Of a DNA stretch of 64,000 bases, positions 22,550-42,587 are shown piece by piece. Both the position numbers and the translations under genes were made by a program. Numbering within the stretch: position 1 is the stretch's first letter; each line of letters starts with the position of its first letter. The notes under the pieces were generated by a model that saw nothing but the letters and a program-made list of their open reading frames with translations, had not been told where the DNA came from and made no database searches. Source of the DNA: Ranitomeya imitator. Its lineage: Eukaryota. The stretch is taken from NCBI RefSeq assembly GCF_032444005.1, contig NC_091288.1:217620001-217684000 (forward strand). The letters run 5' to 3'.

Positions 22550-23760
22550 TTATACCCTGGGCATCTCCTGTATATAATTATGTACTGTATGTACAGCTGG
22601 TATAACCTGGGTATCTCTCCTGTATATAATTATATATGTACAGCTGGTATAACCTGGGTATCTCTCCTGTAAATAATTATATATGTACAGCTGGTATAAC
22701 CTGGGTATCTCTCATGTAAATAATTCTACATGTACAGCTGGTATAACCTGTGTATCTTTCCTGTATATAATTCTACATGTACAGCTGGTATAACCTGGGT
22801 ATCTCTCCTGTATATAATTCTATATGTACAGCTGGTATAACCTGGGTATCTCTCCTGTATATAATTCTACATGTATGGCTGGTATAACCTGGGTATCTCT
22901 CCTGTATATAATTCTACATGTACAGCTGGTATAACCCGGCTATCTCTCCTGTATATAATTCTACATGTACAGCCGGTATAACCTGGGTATCTCTCCTGTA
23001 TATAATTCTATATGTACAGTTGGTATAACCTGGGTATCTCCTGTATATAATTATATATGTACAGCTGGTATAACCTGGGTATCTCTCCTGTATATAATTC
23101 TACATGTACAGCTGGTATAACCTGAGTATCTCTCCTGTATATAATTCTACATGTAACGCTGGTATAACCTGGGTATCTCTCCTGTATATAATTCTACATG
23201 TACAGCTGGTATAACCTGGGTATCTCTCCTGTATATAATTCTACATGTACAGCTGGTATAACCCGGGTATCTCTCCTGTATATAATTCTACATGTACAGC
23301 TGGTATAACCCAGGTATCTCTCCTGTATATAATTCTACATGTACAGCTGGTATAACCCGGGTATCTCTCCTGTATATAATTCTACATGTACAGCTGGTAT
23401 AACCTGGGTATCTCTCCTGTATATAATTCTATATGTACAGCTGGTATAACCTGGGTATCTCTCCTGTATATAATTCTATATGTACAGCTGGTATAACCTG
23501 GGTATCTCTCCTGTATATAATTCTATATGTACAGCTGGTATAACCTGGGTATCTCTCCTGTATATAATTCTATATGTACAGCTGGTATAACCTGGGCATC
23601 TCCTGTATATAATTATATATGTACAGCCGGTATAACCTGGACATCTCCTGTATATAATTATATATGTACAGCCGGTATAACCTGGGTATCTCTCCTGTAT
23701 ATAATTCTATATGTACAGCTGGTATAACCTGGGCATTTCCTGTATATAATTAAATAAGTA
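22550..23760 (+). repeat. 47-bp minisatellite (gtacagctggtataacctgggtatctctcctgtatataattctacat), ~26 copies
   Basis: Direct tandem copies, with 45-bp variants. Confidence 0.95.
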
Positions 23761-24829
23761 GTACATCTTCTGGCAAACCGTGATATGGACCATGCTGGTA
23801 TAACCTGAGGATATTCTGTATACAATATTTAGAGTCAGCTCATGGTTATACAGAGGTTATACGTCTGGATAAAGCAAAGTCCGAGGTGTCTTGGGTTAAT
23901 ATGTCTTGTAGTTTTATGTTCGTCGTTTCTGAATGGACGGAGTAATCGTCTCGGTATAATCCCCGCCTGCCTCTAGCACTGGAGATACGTGGTCCTGGCA
24001 GTCAACTCCAAGGACTGAACCAGAAGCAGCCATCCAAGTATTCCTCCTTCCGGGGCCGATTAGTCGGAGGTAAGAGTTTAATACAGGTCACATTTTGTAA
24101 ATTCTAGGAACTTGTCACCTCCCGAACCTTTCTCGACAATTCTCTCTGTCCTGCTTGAAAACTGTGTGATGGTTTTAGAGACTAAGAGCCCCGTAAAGGT
24201 TCACAGTGCTTAATGCAAAAGAGGTTGGTACCCACCTCGGTGAATCTTTGGCATGGATGTCCTTGGTACTGAATATTCATATTCCATAATGCACAATCCT
24301 TCCCGGTATCAGCATAGCAGGATCCGAGCAAATATTAATCTGAAGTGAGTCCACTGGCCACGTCAGAGACGCACTTTCCCATAACTCCAAACACAGCGGC
24401 CACAACAGTGTGGTCTGTTCTCATCTGGAGATCTTTCAATAATCTGTTTGATCACCTCCTCCTACATATAGGTGATGTAAATCTGAAAAGTCTTTACGGG
24501 TCATTCACATTTGTCTTTGTGTTACGCCCAACAGTGGCCCATGTGTGTTTGTGGACCCACTCTGCCACAGGACCGACCTGCCCAGGAAGGAGCGAAGCAA
24601 AGTGGCTACCTGGTATTCACTGGAGCTCCTGATGGTGGAGACAGACTGGGCTACAGGTAGCCACTGGGCACCACTCCTGGGCAGACCCGATATGGCAGCT
24701 GCTGACCCCAGGGGCCAGGTACGCTGACACTGATTTAGGGCTTAGTTCAGACACACCAGTCTAGGATACTGGAACAGGGACTGGAAAAAATACGGACTGG
24801 GGGATAATGTTCATGCCCTGGTCACAAGC

Positions 24830-25850
24830 GCACTTCAGGAACTGGACTAGCCGCATCGGGACCAGGGACAATGTTCAGGGAATAGCCGCTACAGGACCAG
24901 GGGAACAGGTTCAGGAACTGGCCGCCTCGGGACCAGGGGCGATGTTCAGGCATTGGCCACTCTGGGACCAGAGGAAGAGGTTCAGAAATTGGCCGCACTG
25001 GGACCAGGGGACAATGTTCAGAAAACTGGCAGCTCCAGGACCAGGGGAAAAGGTTCAGGCATTGGTTGCCCTGGGACCAGGGGCACTTTCAGGCACTGGC
25101 CATTCTGGGATTAGAGGAAGAGGTTCAGGCATTGGCCACTCTGGGACCAGGGGATTAGAATCAGACACTGGTCGCTCTGGCACCAGGGGATGAGAATCAG
25201 ACACTGGCTACTCTGAGACAAGGGGATGAGGTTCAGGCACTGGTTACTCTGGGACAAGGGGATGAGGTTAAGGCACTGGTTGCTCTGGGACAAAGTTATG
25301 AGGTTCAGGCCCTGGCCACTCTGAGACAACGGGATGAGGTTCAGGCACTGGTCACTCTGGGACCAAGGGGCGAGGTTCAGGCCCTGCCCACTCTGGGACA
25401 AAGGGATGAGGTTCAGGCACTGGCCACTCTGGGACAAGGGGATGAAGATCAGGCCTTGGCCACTCTGGGACAAAGGGATGAGGTTCAGGCCTTGGCCACT
25501 CTGGGACAAAGGGATGACGTTCAGGCCTTGGCCACTCTGGGACAAAGGGATGACGTTCAGGCCTTGGCCACTCTGGGACAAAGGGATGAGGTTCAGGCCT
25601 TGGCCACTCTGGGACAAAGGGATGAGGTTCAGGCACTGGTTGCTCTGGGACAAGGGGATGAGGTTCAGGCACTGGTCACTTTGGGACCAAGGGGCAAGGT
25701 TCAGGCCCTGGCTACTCTGGGACAAAGGGATGAGGTTCAGGAGTGGCCACTCTGGGACCAGGGGAAGAGGTTCAGGCCCTGGCCCTCTGGGACAAATGGA
25801 TGAAGTTCAGGCACTGACCAGGGATACAGGTTCAGGACACTGGCTGCACC
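24830..25850 (+). repeat. 36-bp minisatellite (caggcactggccactctgggacaaagggatgaggtt) with degenerate flanks
   Basis: Homogeneous core about 25200-25780; source of the FRPWPLWDKGMR / ALATLGQRDEVQ repeat ORFs. Confidence 0.9.
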
Positions 25851-26627
25851 AGGACCAGTAGACTTAACAAGTCAGTAGTAGTACACCTTAGTGACTAATG
25901 ATTCTACACGTTGCTTGGCGACTTACTATGGAAGAGGTAGTCTTTTATACAAGATGATTCCCAACTATTGACTGGGAGCCATCTTGCAGGTGACAACTTA
26001 TGCTAAATTTCTCCCAACAACAAGCTGAGGGAATATAGCAAAATGTGCGCGCTGCCCATTTAAGAGCAGGGGCGTGTGTGCACAATAGGCACGCCGCCAG
26101 GAACTGGTGCGCGCACACCAGCAAGCAGGAGGGACACGCCATGAGACCACATCGCCGGGCTGGAGTTTGGCACTCGTTCAAGGCAGCATACCTGGCATCA
26201 TGTGAGCAAAGTTGGCAGAACATGAATAAGCACAAAGGCCACTCAGCGTATTACAACACGACTACTAAAAAAAAAAAACATCTAATGCTACAGCGCAAGT
26301 TTGGGCATGACTGTCCATAATATGGCTATATTGGAAATTTCCAGGGTTGCAATACTTCAACTGTGTCCTGTTCATACCTCCCACCTAAATATGTTGCACC
26401 CATAGTACAGGGGGGTCATGCAGAAGAGCACACCAGAACAGGAGATTAAAAAAAAAAAAGTGGAAGGTGGACATGATCATCAAGAAAATGTAAAAACTTG
26501 TCTCATAACTTTCCTTTTATCACTTTTTGATCGAACTCGACCATCTTATCAGCCCCGTAAATTGACAATTGTGCAATCATGGAGCTGATCGAGATGTGTC
26601 TCTTTAACTGTAATTTACAGTAGGTAA

Positions 26628-32867
<6,240 letters not shown>

Positions 32868-33283
32868 GAACCAAAAATGCATAAAATCTTCCCAGGAGAA
32901 CTGGACATCTGGATGGACAAAAGCAAAAGCGTGAACATTCATTCTCCATGATGTCATCATGTTCCAACTTTTGTGTTACTTTTCAATAAAGTGTTTTTTT
33001 TTTCTTAGACTCTGGAAATAAAATCCGTTTCACTCATCCTGGTCCCAAGGATTCTTATTACAGCAGCGCAGCCTGATATCATGTTATCGTCCAAACTGGT
33101 CAACAACTCTAGAGGAGACCATCCCTCAGCCACTAGGCAGCAGCTATCAGGTGTTCATGGGAGCTGTGCCTGCACACAACCTGCTCAGGGGAGCTCCTTC
33201 CTTTTACTTTCCTTTGTAGCTACGGCTATCACCCAATGGTCTTGTGCGCTCTTTGTTCCTGTACAGATTTTATACTTTTACTA

Positions 33284-33678
33284 AGGATACCGTCACACAG
33301 TGGCATTTTGATCGCTACGACGGTACGATCCATGACGCTCCAGCATCGTAAAAATATCGCTCCAGCGTCGTAGACTGCTGTCACACATTGCAATGTACGA
33401 CGCTGGAGCGATAATTTCATGACGTATGTGCGATGTAGAAGCCGTTGGTTACAATGCGCACATCGTATACGATATATGTTACACCATGCGATCATGCCGC
33501 CACAGCGGGACACTAGACGACGAAAGAAAGTTTCAAACGATCTGCTACGACGTACGATTCTCAGCGGGGTCCCTGATTGCAGGAGCGTGTCAGACACTGC
33601 GAGATCGTAACTATATCGCTCGAACGTCACGAATCGTGCCGTTGTAGCGATCAAAATTGCACTGTGTGACGGTACCCT
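33284..33678. mobile_element. CpG-rich MITE with ~35-bp TIRs (PIF/Harbinger-like or TA-targeting)
   Basis: ta|aggataccgtcacacagtggcattttgatcgctacgacgg ... ccgttgtagcgatcaaaattgcactgtgtgacggtaccct|ta. Confidence 0.85.
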
Positions 33679-33904
33679 TAGACTAGACATTGCCTCACTA
33701 ACAAATCTAACAAGTACAATTAAGGGTGCGACAATGCAGTACTAATATAGAGACGGTAAGGCTGCAGGGTCTAAGAGATTCTAGATTCTATCTGTGGGTT
33801 ATTATGACGTGTAGTCACCGTCCACTCAGATACTAATCACCTTCTGTGGTCTGCAAGTGGTAAACACAATAACTACTGTAACATTATATTTGCATTGTAA
33901 GCAA

Positions 33905-35520
33905 TATCATCGTAGTTATATTCTTGTACGTAGTAGCAGTATGATAGTAGTTATATTCTTGTACATAGGGACAGTATTATAGTAGTTATATTCTTGTACA
34001 TAGGAGCAGTATTATAGTAGTTATATTCTTGTACGTAGTAGCAGTATTATAGTAGTTATATTCTTGTACATAGGGGCAGTATTATAGTAGTTACATTCTT
34101 GTACATAGGGGCAGTATTATAGTAGTTATATTCTTGTACATAGGGGCAGTATTATAGTACTTATATTCTTGTACATAGGAGCAGTATTATAGTAGTTATA
34201 TTCTTGTACATAGGAGCAGTTTTATAGTAGTTATATTCTTGTATATAGGAGCAGTATTATAGTAGTTATATTCTTGTACATAGGGGCAGTATTATAGTAG
34301 TTATATTCTTGTACATAGGGGCAATATTATAGTACTTATATTCTTGTACATAGGAGCAGTATTATAGTAGTTATATTCTTGTACATAGGAACAGTATTAT
34401 AGTAGTTATATTCCTGTACATAGAGGCAGTATTATAATAGTTATATTCTTGTACATAGGAGCAGTATTATAGTAGTTATATTCTTGCACATGGGGCAGTA
34501 TTATAGTAGTCATATTCTTGTACATAGGGGGCAGTATTATAGTAGTTATATTCTTGTACATAGGGGTCAGTATTATAGTAGATATATTCTTGTACATAGG
34601 ATCAGTATTATAGTAGTTATATTCTTGTACATAAGGGCAGTATTATAGTAGTTATATTGTTGTACATAGGATCAGTATTATAGTAGTTATATTCTTGTAC
34701 ATAGGGGCAGTATTATAGTAGTTACATTCTTGTAGATAGGGGGCAGTATTATAGCAGATATATTCTTGTACATAGGAGCAGTATTATAGTAGTTATATTC
34801 TTGTACATAGGGGCAGTATTATAGTAGTTATATTCTTGTACATGGGGGCAGTATTATAGCAGTTATATTCTTGTACATATTATTATTTTTTTATTATTAT
34901 TATACATTTTTATAGCGCCATTTATTCCATGGCGCTTTACATGTGAATACGAGGCAAATATAGACAAATACATTAAACATGAGCAGATAACAGGCACACG
35001 GGTACATAAGAAGGGAGGACCCTGCCCGCGAGGGCTCACAGTCTGCAGGGGCAGTATTATAGTAGTTATATTCTTGTATATAGGGGCAGTATTATAGTAA
35101 TTATATTTTTGTACATAGGGGGCAGTATTATAGTAGTTATATTCTTGTACATAGGGGCAGTGTTATAGCAGTTATATTTTTGTATATAGGGGCAGTATTA
35201 TAGTAGTTATATTCTTGTACATAGGGACAGTATAATAGTAGTTATATTCTTGTACATAGGGGCAGTATTATAGTAGTTATATTCTTGTACATAGGGGCAG
35301 TATTATAGTAGTTATATTCTTGTACATGGGGGCAGTATTATAGTAGTTATATTCTTGTATATAGGGGCAGTATTATAGTAATTATATTTTTGTACATAGG
35401 GGGCAGTATTATAGTAGTTATATTCTTGTACATAGGGGCAGTGTTATAGCAGTTATATTTTTGTATATAGGGGCAGTAGTATAGTAGTTATATTCTTGTA
35501 CATACAGGCAGTATTATAGT
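33905..35520 (-). repeat. ~36-bp AT-rich minisatellite (same family as 1816-2458, reverse orientation), interrupted by an L2 tail
   Basis: Tandem gcagtattatagtagttatattcttgtacataggg units. Confidence 0.95.
34880..35051 (-). mobile_element. L2 3'-terminal fragment (~170 bp)
   Basis: Reverse complement of the 3' UTR, stem-loop and (TAA)n tail seen at 18490-18646. Confidence 0.9.
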
Positions 35521-35521
35521 A

Positions 35522-37096
35522 CACTGCTCAAAAAAAAAATGGAAACACTAAAATCCCACATCCTAGATATCACTAAATGAAATATTCCAATTGTAAATCT
35601 TTATTCATTACATAGTGGAATGTGTTGAGAACAATAAAATCTAAAAATGATCAACGTAAATCACAACTAATATCCCACGGAGGTCTGGAGTTGGAATGAA
35701 GCTCAAAATCAAAGTGGAAAATGAAATTACAGGCTGATCCAACTTCAGTGGAAATGCCTTAAGACAAGGAAATGATGCTCAGTAGTGTGTGTGGCCTCCA
35801 CGTGCCTGTATGACCAACCTACAACAGCTGGGCATGCTCCTGATGAGGCGGCGGATGGTCTCCTGAGGGATCTCCTCCCAGACCTGGAAGAAAGCATCCG
35901 CCAACTCCTGGACAGTTTGTGGTGCAACATGACGTTGGTGGATGGTGAGAGACATGATGTCCCAGATGTGTTAAATTGGATTCAGGTCTGGGGAACGGGC
36001 GGGCCAGTCCATAGCTTCAATGCTTTCATCTTGCAGGAACTGCTGACACACTCCAGCCGCATGAGGTCTGGCATTGTCCTGCATTAGGAGGAACCCAGGG
36101 CCAACCGCACCAGCATATGGTCTCACAAGGGGTCTTTGGATCTCATCTCGGTACCAAATGGCAGTCGGGCTACCTCTGGTGAGCAAATGGAGGGCTGTGC
36201 GGCCCTCCAAAGAAATGTCACCCCACACCGTTACTGACCCACTGCCAAACCGGTCATGCTGAAGGATGTTGCAGGCAGCAGATCGCTCTCCACTGCATCT
36301 CCAGACTGTCACGTCTGTCACATGTGCTCAGTGTGAACCTGCTTTCATCTGTGAAGAGCACAGGGCGCCAGTGGTGAATTTGCTAATCCTGGTCTTCTGT
36401 GGCAAATGCCAAGCATCCTGCATGATGTTGGGCTGGGAGCACAACCCCCATCTGTGGATATCGGGCACTCAGACCATCCTCATGGAGTCAGTTTCTAACC
36501 GTTTGTACAGAAACATGCACATTTGTGGCCTGCTGGAGGTAATTTTGCAGTGCTCTGGCAGTGCTCCTCCTCTTCCTCATTGCACAAAGGTGGAGATAGC
36601 GGTCCTGCTGCTGGGTTGTTGCCCTCCTACGGCCCCCTCCACATCTCCTGGTGTACTGGCCTGTCTCCTGGTACTGCCTCCAGCCTCTGGACACTACACT
36701 GACAGACACAGCAAACCTTCTTGCCACAGCTCGCATTGATGTCCCATCCTGGATGAGCTGCACTACCTGAGCCACTTGTGTGGGTTGTAGAGTCCGTCTC
36801 ATGCTACCATGAGTGTGAAAGCACAACCAACATTCAAAAGTGACCAAAACAGCCAGAAAGCATTGTTAATGAGATGTGGTCTGTGGTCCCCAACTGCAGA
36901 ACCACTCCTTTATTGAGGGTTTCTTGATAATTGCCAACAATTTCCATCTATTGTCTATTCTATTTGCACAACAGCATGTGAAATTGATTGTCAATCAGTG
37001 TTGCTTCCAAAGTGGACAGTTTGATTTCACTGAAGTTTGATTTACTTGGCGATATATTCTGATTTTTAAGTGTTCCATTTACTTTTTTGAGCAATG
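35522..37096 (-). mobile_element. Near full-length Tc1 element with frameshifted transposase (36847 to 35745)
   Basis: TA|cactgctcaaaaaa ... ttttttgagcaatg|TA. Fragments include HTH ([17 protein letters not shown]), GGGRRR, LMQDNARPH and WPARSPDLNPI. Confidence 0.92.
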
Positions 37097-37112
37097 TATA
37101 TATTATATATAC

Positions 37113-38485
37113 AGTACAGACCAAAAGTTTGGACACACCTTCTCATGTAAAGATTTTTCTGTATTTTCATGACTATGAAAATTGTAAATTCACACTGAAG
37201 GCATCAAAACTATGAATTCACACATGTGGAATCATATACTTAACAAAAAAGTTTGAAACAACTGAAAATATGTCTGATGTTCTAGGTTCTTCAAAGTAGC
37301 CACCTTTTGCTTTGATGACTGTTTTACACACTCTTGGCATTCTCTTGATGAGCTTCAAGAGGTAGTCACCGGGAATGGTCTTCCAACAATCGTGAAGGAG
37401 TTCCCAGTGATGCTTAGCACTTCTTGGCCCTTTTACCTTCACTCTGCGGTCCAGGTCACCCCAAACCATCCCGATTGGGTTCAGGTCTGGTGACTGTGGA
37501 GGCCAGGTCATCTGGCGTAGCACCCCATCACTCTCCTTGGTCAAATAGCCCTTACACAGCCTGGAGGTGTGTTTGGGGTCATTGTCCTGTTGAAAAATAA
37601 ATGATAGTCCAACTAAACGCAAACCGGATGGAATAGCATGCCGCTGCAAGATGCTTTGGTAGCCATGTTGGTTCAGTATGCCTTCAATTTTGAATAAATC
37701 CCCAACAGTGTCACCAGCAAAGCCCCCCCACACCATCACACCTCCTCCTCCATGCCTTACGGTGTGAACCAGGCATGTAGAGTCCATCCGTTCAACTTTT
37801 CTGTGTCACACAAAGACACGGTGGTTGGAACCAAAGATCTCAAATTTGGACTCATCAGATCAAAGCACAGATTTCCACTGGTCTAATGTCCATTCCTTGT
37901 GTTCTTTAGCCCAAACAAGTCTCCTCTGCTTGTTGCCTGTCCTTAGCAGTGGTTTCCTAGCAGCTATTTTACTATGAAGGCCTGCTGCACAAAGGCTCCT
38001 CTTAACAGTTGTTGTAGAGATTTGTCTGCTAGAACTCTGTGTGGCGTTGACCTGGTCTCTAATCTGACCTGCTGTTAACCTGCGATTTCTGAGGCTGGTG
38101 AATCGGATAAACTTATCCTCAGAAGCAGAGGTGACTCTTGGTCTTCCTTTCCTTGGGTTATCCTCATGTGAGCCAGTTTCTTTGTAGCGCTTGATGGTTT
38201 TTGCCACTGCACTTGGGGACACTTTCAAAGTTTTCCCAATTTTTCAGACTGACCTTCATTTCTTAAAGCAATGATGGCCACTCGTTTTTCTTTACTTAGA
38301 ATTTGTATTATGGCAAGAAAAAAGAAGCTAACAGTCTATTCAGTAGGACTATCAGCTGTGTATCCACCAGACTTCTGCACAACACAACTGATGGTCCCAA
38401 CCCCATTTATAAGGCAAGACATCCCACTTATTAAACCTGACAGGCCACACCTGTGACGTGAAAACCATTTCCGGTGACTACTATA
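37113..38485 (-). mobile_element. Tc1 element, one end truncated, with a disrupted transposase
   Basis: TA|cagtacagaccaaaagtttggacac TIR. ORFs 37860-38228 (GRPRVT...WKSVL) and 37218-37787 (HGGGGVMVWG, FQQDNDPKH, WPPQSPDLNPI). Confidence 0.9.
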
Positions 38486-38630
38486 AAATTTACAACATGA
38501 AGCTAGAAGGAAGTTTAACATTGGAAAAAAAATTTAAATTCTACACAACTTTGTTCCTGTAAAAACTAGAGTAAAAAATGTAAAAGCATAAATGGATAAA
38601 AGCATATATAGAAAAAAACTGTTGTATTAT

Positions 38631-40090
38631 TATGTATTGTTATAGCGCCATTTATTCCATGGCGCTTTACATGTGAGGGGTATACATAATAAAACCAAGT
38701 ACAATAATCTTGAACAATACAAGTCACAGCTGGTACAGGAGGAGAGAGGACCCTGCCCGCGAGGGCTCACAATCTACAAGGGATGGGTGAGGATACAGTA
38801 GGAGAGAGGACCCTGCCCGCGAGGGCTCACAATCTACAAGGGATGGGTGAGGATACAGTAGGAGAGAGGACCCTGCCCGCGAGGGCTCACAATCTACAAG
38901 GGATGGGTGAGGATTCAGGAGGAGAGAGGACCCTGCCCACCAGGGCTCACAATCTACAAGGGATGGGTGAGGATACAGTAGGAGAGAGGACCCTGCCCGC
39001 GAGGGCTCACAATCTACAAGGGATGGGTGAGGATACAGGAGGAGAGAGGACCCTGCCCGCGAGGGCTCACAATCTACAAGGGATGGGTGAGGATACAGTA
39101 GGAGAGAGGACCCTGCCCGCGAGGGCTCACAATCTACAAGGGATGGGTGAGGATTCAGGAGGAGAGAGGACCCTGCCCACCAGGGCTCACAATCTACAAG
39201 GGATGGGTGAGGATACAGGAGGAGAGAGGACCCTGCCCGCGAGGGCTCACAATCTACAAGGGATGGGTGAGGATACAGTAGGAGAGAGGACCCTGCCCGC
39301 GAGGGCTCACAATCTACAAGGGATGGGTGAGGATTCAGGAGGAGAGAGGACCCTGCCCACCAGGGCTCACAATCTACAAGGGATGGGTGAGGATACAGTA
39401 GGAGAGAGGACCCTGCCCGCGAGGGCTCACAATCTACAAGGGATGGGTGAGGATTCAGGAGGTGAGAGGACCCTGCCCGCGAGGGCTCACAATCTACAAG
39501 GGATGGGTGAGGATACAGGAGGAGAGAGGACCCTGCCCGCGAGGGCTCACAATCTACAAGGGATGGGTGAGGATACAGGAGGAGAGAGGACCCTGCCCGC
39601 GAGGGCTCACAATCTACAAGGGATGGGTGAGGATACAGGAGGAGAGAGGACCCTGCCCGCGAGGGCTCACAATCTACAAGGGATGGGTGAGGATACAGTA
39701 GGAGAGAGGACCCTGCCCGCGAGGGCTCACAATCTACAAGGGATGGGTGAGGATTCAGGAGGAGAGAGGACCCTGCCCACCAGGGCTCACAATCTACAAG
39801 GGATGGGTGAGGATACAGTAGGAGAGAGGACCCTGCCCGCGAGGGCTCACAATCTACAAGGGATGGGTGAGGATTCAGGAGGTGAGAGGACCCTGCCCGC
39901 GAGGGCTCACAATCTACAAGGGATGGGTGAGGATACAGGAGGAGAGGACCCTGCCCGCGAGGGCTCACAATCTACAAGGGATGGGTGAGGATACAGGAAG
40001 AGAGAGGACCCTGCCCGCGAGGGCTCACAAACTACAAGGGATGGGTGAGGATACAGTAGGTGAGGGTAGAGCTGGTCGTGCAGTGGTTCG
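38631..40090 (-). mobile_element. 5'-truncated L2-family insertion whose 3' UTR contains a 22-copy 60-bp tandem array (38741-40058)
   Basis: 10-bp TSD GTTGTATTAT at 38621-38630 and 40091-40100. The L2 stem-loop tail is at ~38645-38665. The unit matches the L2 3'UTR segment tatcctcaccc...gtgagccctcgcgggcagggtcc. Confidence 0.88.
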
Positions 40091-41779
40091 GTTGTATTAT
40101 AAATCCTTGGCATGTCATTGAGATATGGACACACGTGTTCAAAAAAATCGAGGATGTTATAATCCAAAAAAGGATAATTTATAAAAAGGCTTTGGATTCC
40201 TAATTAAATCTGTGAGGTTTCGATGTGTTTAACCTATACATCCAGTAAATCTGTTTTCTTTTTACATTCTCGATGTAGTCGGGATGTGATCGATCGGGCT
40301 CATCTTTAGCTGTTTATAATCCCTGTTATGTTTGAGAGAACAATGTCTTTATAGGCCATATTTCAGAAAGCTTTTCTGAGTATTATACCTACGCGAGTGC
40401 ATTTTTTTATGTCGTAGTTGAATTGTTCTACCCACATATTGTTTGTTCCATCCTCAGGTAATCACATATATCACATAGTCTGTACTGCATGTCAGATGCC
40501 GGTTATTTATGATATTTTCCGCAGTAGAGGAGAACAAGCTATCCATGTTGTGATTGATGGACAGGAGGCATAAACAACCTTTAATCATGACAAATGCCAT
40601 CAGCTGTATTTGCAGCAGGTGGTGTAACCATTCGTTCGAAGGCGGCTTGGAGCCAATATTTTTTTTTACTGTTTGTGCCCTGCAAAATGTTACAGCAGGA
40701 TTTCTGGGTAAGACTTTCCCGAGAATATGGTCATTTCGGATTATGGGTCAGTATTGTAGAAAAATCTGGCAGGAATTAAACTGGGTGACGAAATTTGGAT
40801 TTGTACTGTTTTCCACACTCTAGTGTAGCATTTATTTATTTTTATCAGGAATGATTTCTGGTTACATTTTTGGGATCAGAATCTCTCATAGAATTCTTGA
40901 TTGCAATTCAAAATCCAAGTCTAAAGTGCAATTTATCTGATTAAGTCCAGACAAACCGGAAAATACAAGTATATTTTTATATATTTTTCTTTTAAAAAAA
41001 TACAAGAAAGGGAAGAAAAGTTTTTATCAACAGTATATTAATCGTAGGAAGTTTATATCTTTGCACTTGTTTTTCTTATTGTTTTTATTCATATGTGTTT
41101 GCGGTTTTCAATTATTTGCTTTTTGACTATATATAACATTTTTTCTCAACTTGAACCTTATCATGTCCCTCTCCTACGGACTCTGACACATCACACACTG
41201 CCACGTGACCTTATTTTTAGCACCTTATTTCAGACCTCACCCAAAAGTGGGTTAAACTTGGTAAAGTGTAGAAAAATAGAATAAACTGTTATTTTAGAAT
41301 ATTTTCTGGCAGTGCGGATACGGACCACGGACTTTCCATGTTTTATTTGCTCCAATGGTGAAATCACCCGTGGATCCACAACTGCCTTTCAACCTTGGAT
41401 CAGGTCAGCACATATCGATACAGGTTCTGATAACACTCTATCCTTGGGCTATTTTTTCTCTTTTTTTGCATTTTTATAGAATTTTATCTAAGCAGGTTCA
41501 TAATCTGCCGATAGATGTGCACAAAAACCTCTCCTAACAGTATCTTGGGATTCTGCCAAATGATTTTATAATATGTGACCTAGAAAAGATGGAGAAAATG
41601 CCAACGTTCACACATAACCGGCTTAGGTACATTGGCTCATATGCCCTATCTTTAGGGAATGCTTGACATTTTGTACTTGCCAAAAAAAAAACAAATTGCT
41701 GGAGACATTTTGTCTGGTATCATTACCATGTAAACATTGTCACCTGGAGCTAATGGGTGTAGAAGGTGAGAACATTACA

Positions 41780-42210
41780 TTCTTTTTAATCTCTTTATTA
41801 ATTACCTTGAGGACCGGTTTGAGAGTAAAGTGTCAGTCTTTACTGACGACACCAAACCATGTGGGATATTAAAGATTGAATAAATGGTTCTTCAGATCAC
41901 ATGTTTAGTGCACGGTCAAAAAGCTCAGAGCAGAAAGACCAGGACAGGAAGAGACGAGATTCATCCATAAAAATTCACACAGCAATACTCCCCGAGGCAT
42001 GGAGGAAATCGGTGAGGCAACGCGTTTCTGACCGCTGCCGTCCTTAGTCTCTGCCAAACTTCATTGAAAAAAAGCCTTTTCTATGGATGAAGCGAGCGCT
42101 GGTCTCTTCCTGGACCTTCATACTAAAAATTGACCTTGACAGGATAATATTACAGAACTATCTGGATAAGATGTCTGAATGGGCAAAGACGTGGCAAATT
42201 AAATTTAATC
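41780..42210 (+). mobile_element. Old CR1 RT fragment split by a ~250-bp insertion (about 41880-42130)
   Basis: FNLFINYLEDRFESKVSVFTDDTKPCG (41780-41870) resumes as DRIILQNYLDKMSEWAKTWQIKFN (42135-42210). Confidence 0.7.
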
Positions 42211-42545
42211 CCTTCATGACATATGACGTATATATATATATATATATATATACACGTCATATGTCTGACTCCCCTTTTGAAGCGGGCTCTGGCATTGAGC
42301 CTGCATGTTTTCCAGCACATGATAGCTGATTTGATCAGGTGACATGTGACTCTAACAGCCGCGGGTGGAATTACGATCCATCTGCGGCTGTTAACGTGTT
42401 AAATGCCGCTGTCAATCTCTGACAGCGGCATTTAACATGATCATGCCAGAAGTATGTCACTAACTCTGCCCTGTCACATGATCATGAGGTGCCGATGGGT
42501 TAGCATGATAACCCAGGGTCTGCAGGAGACCTCCTTGGGTTGTCA
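42207..42545. mobile_element. TTAA-flanked (piggyBac/Kolobok-like) non-autonomous element, left end
   Basis: ttaa|tcccttcatgacat..., homologous to the reverse complement of 49530-49840. Confidence 0.6.
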
Positions 42546-42587
42546 TTTCCAAATTGCTATATGTGCCGCCCTGTATAGCAGATGAAC

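Noticed and set aside
38724-39988. Overlapping 414-aa and 401-aa ORFs on opposite strands
   Set aside because: A consequence of a 60-bp (20-codon) unit derived from a non-coding L2 3' UTR.
42010-42060. Minus-strand CTAAGGA...GAAAC-GC-GTT inside a small inverted-repeat insertion splitting a CR1
   Set aside because: Possibly another decayed PLE hammerhead, but the core has G5A and stem I does not pair convincingly.
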